64,000 nt of DNA from Chrysomallon squamiferum (Eukaryota > Animalia > Mollusca), in the NCBI GenBank assembly GCA_012295275.1, contig CM022672.1, positions 11,160,001-11,224,000 on the forward strand, given 5' to 3'. Shown piece by piece: positions 32,613 to 46,248 of the stretch. Within the stretch, counting starts at the first letter, position 1. The number at the start of each line of letters is the position of its first letter. Made by a program: the position numbers and the translations under genes. A model generated the notes under the pieces. It saw only the letters and a program-made list of their open reading frames with translations, had not been told where the DNA came from and searched no databases.

Positions 32613-35600
32613 TAAAAAACCCAGAAATTTTAGTTCTAGTAGTAGTAATAATATAAACAAGATGACACAGTTAATACAATGCCATGTTTAAATATTGCAT
32701 ATATTAATGAATAAACATTCATAAAACTACAGCTACTTGCATCCCAAAATCAGTGTTTATTTTATTTTATTTTATAAATTAGATTGTTTATTGTTTTCAT
32801 AAATAAATCCATTGCTTGATTTTTTAACCTGATTTTTCTGTATGATTTTCACTGGTTTTTATACAACACTTGAAATATCACCTACTATCTTTTCTTAACA
32901 AGGTAACTTGTAGCAACATATAGTAACTGTAGGCATGAAACATTTTTATTTTGTCTTTTTTCATATATATATATATATATTTGTTTGGCAGAGACCTAAT
33001 TTTACAATGGAGTTGACTCCAGTTACTCCTAGTCCTATAAGGAGAAAACGAAGGAGGCAGCATCTCTTAGTTGACAGAGAAACCCAGATTCCAAAGAAAA
33101 GAATGAGAGAACTGCTGCTTTCTGGATCTGATACTTGTATTCCTTTAGTAAGTTAAAATGGAATCCGTTAAAGAGGACATTTAGTAGTACATACTAATAG
33201 CCTATTCATTTTTGGATGAAGAACATTCACCAGTGATAATCTAAAGAATTTATTATTACTGAAAACAAGTTTTAATAATGATATTGCTCTTGGTATTATT
33301 TTGATTTATATCTATTTCAGAGATTAATATGTTTTAAAAGACTTTCCTAAAAGACTAAAGAATATAAATTTTGGTATAAATTACCAATATATACATGTCA
33401 CTGAATATTAAGATTTAAAATAAAAATATTTGCCATGATTTAATCTTTTGTTAGATTCGACCTGATCCACATCCATCCACTGTTGATGAACTCTTTAATT
33501 ATCCTGGAAGAAAAAGTAATTAACTGTATATTCTAACTTTTTTGCTTTACCTGAAATTCTTTGAAACTACAGTAGTAGTAATTATACTTTAATTTTAAGT
33601 CTTTCTTTTTTATGTTTTCATATATTCAGTCCAGCAATCATGAAAAGACTGATCGTTAACAATGTTGTGTACTATATGCCTATCTGTGATGAGATAAGAG
33701 TTTATTTTTGTTGGTTTGTCTCATATTAATTTATGTCGAAAGCTTAAAATTATAATGCTAGCTTTGAGTAGAGATATACACCTCCTTTGTAGATGAGATC
33801 AAGATGAGCTTAACTAAACTTTATAGATTTGGTAATTACGTATTCTAGGTTTGTCTCCTAAAGTAACTATCAATCTTATTAAAAACTAATTTGTAAAATA
33901 AATATGTCGAAGGATTTTTTAAAGTTCTGTATTTGTTTTGTATTTTAGCATTAAGGCATCCAAAGTTGTTTCCACTATGGAGGCGGAATGCTGAAATTGG
34001 AGATACTTCAGAAACCGAATCTGAGAAAAATACTCCAATATGGACAGTTCCAGAACTAGGTAATAATTTTATTTTAATCAGATATTGTTATCAGTTAATT
34101 GATATCATGGTAAATGTGATGTACTGAATTAAATGAAATAGTGCGTTAGATTCACTTAATTTTTCTGGTTTCTTTTAAATAAATCTTTAATTTTATATAT
34201 ATGTGTGTGTGTGTGTGTGCGTGCGATTTTTTGTTGCTAGTTTTTCTTTTTGTACGCATCTGAGTTTAATTTCAGGTACTCATAAATCTGTAAGAGACAC
34301 TGAATTACTGAGTTCACCAAGATCAGAGGAAGAGCTTCCTAAGCAGGCTTTGGAACGTCCTTTTGAAACAACTTGGGCTTCAGAGGTATTTAATCATCTA
34401 TATTTCACAAATCTCTGCAGGTAGACATATTGTATAGTCTATATTTAACAGGTTTTAGTAGAGAGAGGTATTTTATAGTCTACATTTCAAAGACCTAAGT
34501 AGACAGTTTATATTGCATAAACCTAGATGGAGATTGTATTTCTAATAAAGAGATGTCAATACAGCAAATAATTATCAGTGGTTGTTTCAGACTTTTAATA
34601 ATTATAAAGATACAAAAAGTAATTTAATACAGTGTTTTGTGTTTGTTTACAAACATTAGCAAAGGTATATATGAATGTAATATATATATATATTTACATT
34701 TATGTATATTTATTTTCAGATTTTTTTTGCTGCTTCTTTTTTCTTTTCAGTAACTAGGTTTCAAAAAAACAACACATTGGTTTGATTTGTTGAAGTCAGG
34801 ATCAACAAACTGATGCTATGAGAGGAATATAGCTAATATTATATATTTTAGATTTCAGATATTGAAATAAAAACGGGCTTGCCATATACTTCTCTAGAAG
34901 AGATGCGTCAAGGTGGAGAGACACCTATTTCCATGGAAAGGACCATCTCTATGAGTCATGAAAAAAGCTTGGGTGATCAAAGTCTTGACAAAATTGAAGA
35001 AACTCTCCAAGCTCAACGTCTGTATGTTTCAAAATTTCTTTTGTCTAAAATTTAAATATTGTAAAAGATTGTGTTACGTTTCTTGTGAAGGATGATATAT
35101 AAAAGGTAACAGTTATGGAATAACTGTGTGTGTGACTGTTTAATGATACTTCAATATGTTTTACTGTTAATACTTGTTATGTATTAGAAAGTCTTTTTTT
35201 GCTACCATGGGTTATTTCTGTCAGATGGCAGCAAAAGATCTTTTATTTGCATTGTCACAAAAGCCATCAATAACATTTTAGTATTTGGTCCTATACTCTT
35301 TTTTTTTGCATAATGATAACTAAATAAAAAACTTTCTGTTATACTTCATGGATATAAAACACATATTATGACCTTTCAATAAACCAGTTATGGAGCATAA
35401 AAAGTTGGGTAAATTACATCTGTACCAGCAAATTAAAACCCACTAATAATGTTTATGGCAATACTAACAGCACCATAATTTTATATATGCAGCTTTAGTA
35501 GTTGTTAGCCTACAGTAAGTCTAGATTATTTGCAAAGAAATAAATCTGTCTGTACTTAAATAATTCCCACATCTGCTCTTCGCTTTTTACTGATTTTAAA

Positions 35601-37216
35601 AATATTATGTAATTATTTTCTTTCAAATAGAGGTAGGGAAATGTCTATTCCTGAAGATGAGATGTATGCAGAGGCTCAAACTAGAGAAAGTACATCTGTC
35701 AGAGATCTTGGCAGTCTTTTTGTTGTACCTGAGGAGAAAGAAGATGTTGTAAGTCCGTTAGTTTCACCTGCTCTTGAAATACCCCATCATGTTTCATCTA
35801 TAGAGGTCCTAAGGTAACCCATATTTGTTATTTCTCACCTAGTAAATATAGCATTCTTTTATAAGTAAAAGTTGCAAAATAGTCTCTTTTTGACTAGTAA
35901 AGAGCTGATTAAAGCTAATTTGTATTGCATTAGTTTTCTACAAATTCTTTTTCTTTGTTCTTTTTTTGGTTATTAATAGTGAACCAAAGGACAGGTATAT
36001 AGTAGTCTAGATTTATTTTGTTAGTTTTTACTGAAATTTATCCATAAATTTTATTATTAAAAATTTATAGAAAGATAAAATATATTTCTGGACTAATGCA
36101 GTATTTTATCATTTGTATTTGAATTCATTTTTAAATATAGAATGTGTAAATCTTTTTATTTTGTTTTATTGTTTAGGAACTTCATATAGAGTTATTTAAT
36201 AATGAAAAATAAAGATTAAAATATATTTTAATAATTACATTTAAGAAACAAATAATAACAATTAAATGAGAATTATCTAATTTTAACAGCTGCATCAACT
36301 CTCAGTTGAAATCAAAAGAAGAGACAACTTTCAGAGATATCTGCCCAACAAGCAAAACAAGACCCTATGCAGCTCAGATGTTTTCTGAATTTCTTCGTAT
36401 GTATATAGAAGTGTCTTTTCTTTTCTTTTATAAAATCTTCTTCAAACTGGAAGTCTATAATATCCTGATTTTAAAACTGTAAAGTTAGTGCATTATATTT
36501 TAATGGTTTTGTGTTTTAAAGATGTGACAGACAAAAATAAGAATCCACATCTAAGATTTCTAAATTACAGAATATGAAATGAAATCTGCAGATTTATATA
36601 TATTTAAAATGAAAGGAATTGTAATGAATGAATTAACAACAGGTATTCACAATATCTCAGCACATTTTATTATCTTCAAAATCTCAAGAATGTGCATACC
36701 ACAAAACCTTTGTAAACAAGCCATGGGCCATTGTTGGAACAGGAAATGATAATGATACGCCCTATAATTGTTTAGGCCTGCAATATAACAAACTGAGCTA
36801 GAGCTATTCTGATTTGTATGAAATGTACAAAGCTTAAATGATGTATTTGAATGTAAGAAAATTTATTGTTATCAGTCAGCATCAGTATTTAACCGTAATA
36901 ATCAAGGTGACATTTTAAAAAATAACTTAATATCAAATCGTCTGTAAATAATGAAAATAAATATCTGTATACTAATTATCCTAAAACCCATCCATAATAG
37001 AAATATAAATTTAATTTTTTTATATTTTTAATTATATCAGTATGTGCATTAGGTAATTTAATTATCTCAACTTTTACACTGGTTAGGGCATATCAGTTTT
37101 GTGTCACTAGTTATTTTTATTTCTTTCATTCATTAGAATTATGTAAAACTGGTCAAGTATCTGCACGACAAGAAGAACCATATGGAGATATTTACATTAC
37201 TCGTGGTGCAAACTGA
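27025..37216 (+). CDS. REC8: Meiotic cohesin kleisin REC8-like, copy 1 (conserved), about 623 aa, 17 coding exons
   Basis: Exons 27025-27080, 28248-28316, 28708-28844, 29197-29281, 30057-30174, 30575-30683, 31333-31412, 31856-31983, 32429-32540, 32992-33147, 33455-33515, 33949-34059, 34276-34385, 34852-35021, 35631-35813, 36290-36396, 37137-37216. N-terminal MFYSQDILQKRGGKFGIIWIAAT; Rec8-type RLSLYLSSQLMFGVVR; central RRKRRRQHLLVDRETQI; C-terminal winged helix AAQMFSEFL..ARQEEPYGDIYITRG. Confidence 0.88.
27382..28082. mobile_element. Non-autonomous DNA transposon (about 700 bp, Sola2-like family) in the first coding intron of REC8 copy 1
   Basis: Termini GGGTCATTCCGTGTCAAATCACC ... GGTGATTTGACACGGAATGACCC. 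Highly similar to one arm of the element at 48330-51180 and absent from the matching intron of copy 2. Confidence 0.85.
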
Positions 37217-39411
37217 CAACAAGAATCAATTCGTAGAATTCCTCAACCATTCTCATAAATCCCTTATTGTTGTTATTGTTTTATAAAATTTATTTATATA
37301 TTTTAAATTTTAGATGTTTTTGCATAACAGTATTTAAGATTTATAGTTTGTTCTGACAAGAGTATATGATTTTTGTTTAAGTAATCATGAATTGCATCGC
37401 CTAATTATGCATGAAAATTAAAAATACATATGCATTCTGCTGATCATGGCATAAAATGAATAATTCATTATACATTTTTTCTGCATGACAACATGATGAA
37501 ATTTTCACTAATAATGTTATTGTATTATTAAAATCTTTACTAATTGATCAATTTTAAATTGAGTGGATATATATAACATCTTAGACAAAAACGAATTATT
37601 TATTAAAAAAAAAAAAAAAAACAAATGTTTCAGACAAAAGAGTTAATTCTCTTGTTAATTCATTATTTTAATTTTTGGGGGGAAATAAAGTTGATATTTT
37701 ATTTTTGCTGAACAGATCTTAATTACAAAATATATTTGTACCAGAATAATTTTATTTTGAATGAAAGCATTACATTATAGCAAGAATTTTAGAATATCGT
37801 ATGTCTAATTCTAATGATGTTATTAAGCATGTTTATTTTAATTATTTCAGTGATATTGGCCAGATAAAACCAATGTGAATAATTCATTGGCAATCAAGTA
37901 GTTTAAACATTTTGAAGCCAACTTAACACTGTATTAAATCATGTATTTGTTTTAAGGAAGGATGGATTAATTGTGACTTTTAACTTTGAATATTTAGACA
38001 TGGTTTTCTTGTGTACACCAATGCATATTCATTATTAAATGATAAAATATTTTCTCTTTTGATGATTTGAAATGAAATTTGTATTTAATCATGTTGTTAT
38101 TTATTGTTGTTTGAAACATTGTTATTGTTTTAAATATTTGTTACATTGTTGAATTTTCAAGGTTTGTGAAACTGGAAAAACAAATGTTTAAAATATTTGT
38201 TAAAAATATCTGAATAGTTATGACTGATTTTTTCAAACATTATGTGGTTTCACACAAAAACTATTATATTGTTGTTATGCTTATTTATTAAAAATAATAT
38301 AACTTTACATAATGAAGAGGTATCCTAAATTTCAAGGCCTAGTTTATATGGAATAAATGTTTGTCCCATTTGTTCATGTGAACATGTATGTATATTACAT
38401 TTAAGTATGTACATAAATACTGGTTGTAATTTAAATAATGAATCGCATTCCAAATTGAAGTTTATTTAGAATAAATGCATTTCTTCCATTCATTTATGTG
38501 AAAAAGGTAAAATGACATACATTATATCTAAGTATATGTGTGAATCCTGAGATTATTCATTTAATAATACATTGTTTCAAATTAAACAGTTGTGCCAAAT
38601 TGTTTTATTTTGTTAGTATAAGAAATATATTCTACATTTTTCGTTATGGCAGTTTAGCCATTTAAACATATACACCTTGGTGCTTTCGTATCACTTCAAA
38701 TATTCAGATTTTTTAATCTGCACTGGTATTGCCCTCTCTTTCCAATGTGCAATATTGAGGTTTACTGAATTACTATCATACTTGTTTCAGTGATTTTTTT
38801 TGTTTTTGTTTAATGTTGTCTGGAAAAATATCTTGTTAATCATGTTACGATTTATTACCTTTGTTATTTGTAAGTTATTTGTTTTTTGAATGAATTGGTT
38901 TCAAATAAAATATTTAAATTTTATTTTATTTACTTTTTATTTAATTATTTTCATTCATTCTTTCTTTGGTATTTCACTGCCTGGAATTACTGGATTTCAT
39001 TGCGTGATTTTAGTTTTGTTCTATATGATTGGTGAATAGTCCCCCAAAACTCAATTTTCAAGAATGAGTTCCAAAATATTCACACTTCAAGCGGGGGTAT
39101 CAGTACGTCGCGATGGAGTAATGTTTTGTCATTGAAATATTTATCACCGTGACTATATTATATATCTGCATCTGCTTTTATGATACGGCCGTCTGCACAG
39201 ACACATACACACATTTATTTTATCGGTAAAATATTATATATATATATATATACTAGCTGCAGAATGACAATAAATCACGATCTAAAGTTGTTTGTGTTAA
39301 AATATAATTTAAAATCAATTATATTTTTATGGTTTATACATCACTAAACAACAGCGAATATATACCGTATGCAAACCAGCACAACCATTATATCCAGTTT
39401 ATATATAAACA

Positions 39412-39460
<49 letters not shown>

Positions 39461-39949
39461 TAATTATTTTAAAAAATAAATAATGTAAACGAGATTCTAA
39501 ATAAATAAATTTATCACTTTTTCTTTATTGCTATCATTACTATTTTACAAAAATATTATCTTTATAAAAGCATGACATTATGCGAAAATAATTTACTTTA
39601 TTAACGTTTTATTTTGTTAATACAGGTAAAAAAAAAAAACACCAAAAAACAACCATATACACTTTTGAATCAAAACTGTAGAAAATATATTAAAATTTAT
39701 TTCAGTACAGAATATATAAATATAATTATAAGATTGAGAATAATTGCAGTGACGAATATTCACGTTGTGCTTGCTGAGGGGAATTCAGCAACACAAGATA
39801 TTGTATCACTTACTTTTTTTATTTAGTTTTAGATTCTTATTTATATTATTTGTAGCTTTTTGTCTTTTACTTTCCGGTATCTTAAATAACAAATACACCT
39901 TTCATCTTTATCTCGGTCTCAAAGTAAGTTACGATAGCTTTAGATTTTT

Positions 39950-42225
39950 AAAAATTAATATAGTCTTGTCTATATATTTAAAATCGAACTGTTTTGTTTG
40001 TTTTTTTTAAAGGGGGAAAAAAACAATTACACTACAAACAACACCCAATGGCAACCAAACATACGAAAACATAGGGAACCGTCACTGATGACTCGGATAT
40101 GGAAACTATAGTTCCCAGACGACCGAGTGACAGGAGCCCTAACTCAGAAGAAAAAAACAAATGTAACAGGAGACAAAAAAAAAAAAAAGAAAAAAAAGAA
40201 ACGAACAACACATCCACACACACCCATACATTCTGACTCGGAGGAAACAGCGGAACAAAAAATCATAAATCGAAACCTACACATATTAGCAAGCCTTAGC
40301 GACACCGAAAACGAAAGCGATGCAAACATTTGGGAAACAACGAAAAAAAACAACACATAAAAATAACATATTGAACGCCGAGATACCATCGCGATACAAA
40401 AAAAAAAAAAAAAAAAAAAAAAAAAACAGGCAGATATCGAAAAAAGTTGCGATATTTGTTAGAAGCGCAAATACATATCATCGATAAAACAACTGAAGTA
40501 AACAAAATCATTAAAAGCTATAGGTCCCAGCATAACTATCTGGGAAGGAGTATTTATTACCAAAAATAATCCCTGACAGCAGACAAACAAAGAAAATACC
40601 CATACCACAACCCAGAAAAACACTACTCACGCAACAGCAGCCAAAGCAAACATTAATTACACAGCAACAAAACAACCCAAACAAACAACAAAGAAACAAC
40701 AAATTCACAAAAACATCTCCAAAGATTTGGGTTTTTACTACCCGTACGCGGACAAGCATGATTTCTTTGAGATGTTTAACAAAGAAATAATACAACAAAC
40801 AATCAACTAAACAGCGACCATCACCCAATACTCACCAACTACAACAGCAAGAACACTTTCTCGGATAGATCCATTTCCACACCCAAATGGAACTTCAACA
40901 AAGCGGACTGGGAAGGCTTCTACAAAGCATGCAGAAATATCACCACATAAAACCCAACGACATCGACACCTTCTGCGCATCGCTCACCAACACGATACAC
41001 TCCATTGCTAACAAATTCATACCCAAAACCAGACAATGCACCGGCAAAATATCCACTCCCTGGTGAACGGAACGCATAGAAAAGAAATGCAAAAAAAGAA
41101 ACATCTTCAAAAGACAATACAAAAAAGACCGAAATCATTCCACACACGAAAAATACAAAATACCAAAAAAAAAAAAAGAAGTTTCCAACCTAATTCTCAT
41201 CGCAAAACAAGAACACTGGGAACTCTTTTGCAACAACATCGACCACAAAACATCAGTCAAAGACATATGGGCCAAAGTGAAAAACATCCAAGGCAAAAAA
41301 CCCCACAGAATCAACACTCTCGGCAAAAACAACATCGCATTCACAGACCTACTCAGCGTAACTTTCGCCAAGTCCAGCAGCAGTTTCGAACTTCCCACTG
41401 AAATTCACAAAGAAACTACTGGACAACCCAACAAATGACGAACATTCCGCAGACACAGAACACATGAAATACAATCAACTCTTCAACATCAGCGAATTAA
41501 AACATGCCCTCAAAAACAAGAAAAGTACAGCCACGGGGCCAGACAAAATAAGCTACACAATACTACAACACCTTCCAGATGAAACACTACTAATCTTATT
41601 TGATCTCTACAACACAATATGGACCATAGGCAAGATTCCAACAAACTGGAAACACGCCGAATGTTTCAGCTTGCCCAAACCACACAAAGATCACTTACTA
41701 CCCAACAGCTGCAGACCGATCACGCTGACGTCACACATGTGCAAAACACTGGAAACGATGATCAACACACGCCTGAACCAGCATCTAAACGACAACAATT
41801 TAATTAGCAAATATCAAAGCGGCTTCAAGAAGAAACACAGCACAAACGACCAGATCACCCGTCTGCAAACATCAATCAACCAATCTTTTAGGAAATCGAA
41901 AAAAAGTCATCGCAATATTCATAGACATTGAAAAAGCCTTCGACATGGTTTGGAGGGAAGGACTGCTCGTCAAATTAATCAACAACAACATCAAAGGCAA
42001 CATGTTCAACTTCATTAAAGACTTCATCAACAACAGATCCACAGCCGTCAATGTGAACGGTCACACCTCCGAAAAAAAAAAACGACAATCGACAACGGCA
42101 TCCCACAAGGATCCGTGATCTCGCCTACACTCTTCAACGTTTACATCAACGACATCGTCACAGCACTCGACAAACAAGATAACGTCAAAAATCCACCAAC
42201 CGAACCAATAAACACAGCGCCTTAC
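39950..42225 (+). mobile_element. Decayed non-LTR retrotransposon (I/Nimb/Loa-like), 5' part: ORF1 remnant, end of endonuclease, RT up to Y of YADD
   Basis: A/C-rich strand bias; SDHHPILT (~40813), KWNFNKADWEGF, ATGPDKISY, RPITLTSHMCKTLE, QSGF, FIDIEKAFDMVW, GIPQGSVISPTLFNVYINDI; frameshifts in A-runs. The 5' boundary is approximate. Confidence 0.88.
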
Positions 42226-44045
42226 TCCCATCTGGTAGAATTCCCATTTCGTCGAAATGCTAAATGTGGTTCAGTGGTCTTAATGACATGTATGTCTTTA
42301 CCTCAGTCATTATAATGAACTGTTCCATATTATTTGGAAAGCGATTATTATTGTATAAATACAGTAATATTTCGCTTAACGATATCCTGCTTTAATGATC
42401 TTTTTTCTTTACAAATTATATAAACAGAAATTTAATAGTTAATTGCTCGAAATAAATGATACAAATGCATACAATGCATGTTTTTAAGTCCATATCGTTC
42501 GGTTTTCGTTCATTCACGAGCTTCTCTCAGCTGTGTTGATCAGTTGACACGTCATACGTGCATCTAATATTCTGATTCTCTTTTGTCTTCTGCTTCGATT
42601 TAGACTTAAACTCGTTTGTAATTTACCCTTCCAATATCTCAAAACGGATAACTGTATACTGGCAAATGCTGATGATAAAAAGAAACAGAAGACAATAACT
42701 TTAGAAACAAAATACATTATCTTAAATGAAACCAAAACCCACAAAAACGAACCCACAATGAGCGGCATATAATTATTTCTTAATGTATTTGTATAAATTG
42801 ATTTGTAATGATTTACTGTTTACTTAATATCTATAATCTATTAAATCATTTACGTCTAAACTGCTGTTTTATTTCTCCTTATTTCACCTTTTTTTTTTTT
42901 TGGTCAGATTTCATCAGGGAGAAAGTAACCACTGCCTTTAATCTCAATTCTATGTAAATTAGTCTCCCGCTTACCTCACTTAACCTTCGGAAATTTGGAA
43001 CCAGTTACATCTTTAACCTGAGGTATTACTGTAGTATGGATATCGCTTATCGCATAAAGTATGCAAATATGACAAATATCGAAATAATCTATGTATCGAA
43101 TGTAGTGAATGTAAATAATTAAAAAAGAAGGTATTCATCTAAAAGTATTCCCAATGATTTGGTCTAGAATAAACTTTTTCAGTCATAGCCAAAGTATTTG
43201 CAGGTCATAATATCTTTAGTGTACATATTATTAATATACTATATCACATATATTGTATAATAATATGTGCACAATGTGAATATGTATGTGTGCATAACGT
43301 AAATATGCTCGAAACATATATCTTGAACATGTTTGAGCTTAATATGGTTTAATTCGAACAGTTAATGATAAATGTAACGTTCACATATTCTATTTACTGA
43401 ATATAAGTGAATTACTCGTATGTAAAATATGTTTTTTTTTTTAATTATATTGCTGAATAAAATTAGTTATTTATAATATTTTTGTTGTTTTCTTTTATAG
43501 AAGCAAACCATGAGAATTAACAAAAAACACATCGTGCCGCTTTTTTCTTTTATTCTTTTTTTTTTTTTTTTTTAATAAATAGATGAAATTGATGTAAAAT
43601 TGTTTATTATTGCTTGTTTTGTAACGGAAAGGAAATGTTTATGAATTAGAAATTTAAATAATAATAATAATACGAATAAAAATAAGAAGAATACGAATAA
43701 TAAAAATAATAACAACAACAACAACAATAATATTAATAATAGTATAATAATAATAATGTTGATGATGATGATGATAATGAGAAGGTAGAAGAAGATGATG
43801 ATAATAATGAAAAAGTAAAAAATCTACAACAAATGAATAGTGAACGCTTATTCTGCTTTCGGTTGATGTTACGTAATCGATTTAGGAACAATGCGCTCCG
43901 CCTCTGAATGTTAGAAAGAAACAAGATGTATGTACAGGCCAAGTTCATTATATACAGAGGTAATCAGGTATTGCGGTAGACGAGTTTTTTTCTACGAAAT
44001 GGGAATTATACGACCTGGGAATTCTACCAGACGGGAAGACTCCAA
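42226..44045. mobile_element. About 1.8-kb non-coding insertion with terminal inverted repeats nested in the LINE RT
   Basis: Left end tcccatctggtagaattcccatttcgtcgaaa; right end tttctacgaaatgggaatt..tgggaattctaccagacggga. AT-rich interior; LINE coding resumes immediately afterwards. Confidence 0.7.
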
Positions 44046-45131
44046 CAGACGACTGCTCCTTTTGGCGTGCAGGCAGATCGACCGCAGCAATACAGAAACA
44101 AATACAAAAAGACCTAAACAACGTAAACGACTGGGCGTTGAAATGGGGCATAAAGATTTCTCTTTCCAAAACGACATGCCTCCTTTTCAACAAAAAAACC
44201 CAGACAACAACAAAATCGCACTAAACATCGACAACAACGTCATAACACAAACCAAAACATTCAAATTTCTACGTGTGACATTCAACAGTCAACTCAACTT
44301 CGGATGCCATATACGCAACATAATTGCATCCTGCAAAAAAACACCCAATCTTTCAAAACTAATTTCCGGCACCAGTTGGAGAGCAAACGAGTCAACGCTA
44401 ATTTTGATACACAAAGCATGTATTCTCTCCAGGCTCGACTACGGAGCCACGGCTTACTCGAATGCTCCCGAATACTCTTTACAAAAACTAGACGTAATAC
44501 AATCCAGCGCCCTCAGAGTGATCCAAACACAACACCATCCGACAGCCTCCTGTCGGAATACAGCATCCAACCACTAAAATACAGAAGAAAGCTGCAGCTA
44601 CTGAAATACCACCGAAAAATACACGCCCTCAGCACAGACCACCCCGTCAAGGATCTGGTCCCCGACCAACAAAGAATAGGACAACTCTTTAAATCGCATA
44701 GTCTACTACTATCGAATTTCCCGACAAAAGTAAGCGAAATCGAAAGGGAAATAGGAATAGGGAAAATGTCACTGCCGGAATACAACAAAGAAACAAAACC
44801 AGCAATAAACACACCTTTACTGATAAAAACAGAAACAGACGAAAGAGAGTTCCCACCCTTCAAAAAAGCTATATTTCTAGCAGCAGCAAACAACCACTAC
44901 AAACAACACTCGCACATCTACACCGACGGATCCAAAAACCTAGACAACGTTGACGAATACGAGACCTTCTACGAGCAAGACAAATGCCGGAAACCACAAG
45001 GAGCGGAAAACATCGCAACCGATTCGTTACGATCCGATATGCTGGACACTCCCTTGTGTCCTGCAATCGTAACGAGAACCCACTCTCTTTCCTTACACAA
45101 AACTCTTTTCTGCGACGGACACGCCCGCTGA
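44046..45131 (+). mobile_element. Decayed LINE, 3' part: remainder of RT and RNase H start
   Basis: DDCSFW..IQKDLNNVNDWALKWGIKIS, FKFL.VTF.SQL.F..HI, SRLDYG..Y..LDVIQSSALRV, and the RNase H motif HIYTDGSK (~44915). Confidence 0.85.
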
Positions 45132-45678
45132 CCTGTCAGAAAGCGTGCCCGTCGTAGACGTGCTTCACAACAGTTTGCTCTCATTAGCACGTTAATTTTT
45201 TTCAAGGTTCAAGATATTCAAAGGCTGGTTCTTGCAATCGTAATACTTCGAGCATTTGCGCATATTTACGACAATTCTGGAAGAAGTTCTTTTAGCGGGA
45301 AAGCTTGAAGATTTTCTCCAGAAAAGAAAAGAAAAAATATAGCCTTTTGCATCAGTTTTAAGGTGAGAGGAAGGAACTAGAGTAATTATCTAAAACGGAC
45401 AACATTCCTATGTATTTTTTTCTCAAAATTTGTATTATAGGATGCAGCCTGTAGTAATTTACATAGGTATTTAAAGTGGTGATAGTGTCAGAAAACCTGA
45501 CCCAAATTTAATTGAGTCTAAGTTAAAAACCTCACATATCTAAAATAGATTTAAAATGTATTGTATTGTTACTGAAATTAAGCGAATCCATAAAAATAAG
45601 GGCGTCAAATGATTCTAAATTCATTATACATTATTATTTCGTACTTAAAAAAATAAAATTTTTATTTATTTATTTATT

Positions 45679-45754
<76 letters not shown>

Positions 45755-45997
45755 AACTCATAAATCTTAAATAATAATAATAATAAAAACATTTGTAACA
45801 ACAGCACATCACAGGAGATTGGATTGAGTTGAAATGACGTCATTTTATTTAATGTGCTTTGACGTGGCAGTAATGCAATCGTAACACTTCGACCATTTCT
45901 AGTGCAGTATTGTCTTCAGTACAAAATAATTAAGTCTAGAATATTACAGAAACTGTATAATTACTAATTTCAGGGTTTGCTGAAATCCTTAATTAAA

Positions 45998-46185
45998 ATG
46001 ATATCGAATATTGAGGATATTTTAAAGAAAAAAGATGGTAAATTTTCAGTAGTAAGGTAAGTTGTAATAGTGAAATATTGCATATTGAAAATTAAAAACA
46101 TTTTTTTAAATTTTATTTTCCTTTTTTTATAGTATTATTACTAATGCTACTACTATAGCTGTGGTTCATACCTCAACTATTACTA

Positions 46186-46248
<63 letters not shown>

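Larger units (their letters stand above)
26102..39026 (+). repeat. Segmental duplication unit A (REC8 promoter to 3' flank)
   Basis: Colinear with 45235-61110 through promoter, introns, exons and 3' UTR. Similarity starts at caatcgtaa.acttcga and ends at tagttttgttctatat. Confidence 0.9.

Noticed and set aside
34665-34710. Hairpin atatgaatgtaa-(TA)n-ttacatt shared by both REC8 copies
   Set aside because: AT-rich palindrome centred on a (TA)n run; sharing is explained by the duplication.
39027-39290. Possible Helitron-like fragment at the end of unit A
   Set aside because: Only suggestive composition (CpG-rich patch, (TA)n, CTAG); termini cannot be defined from one copy.
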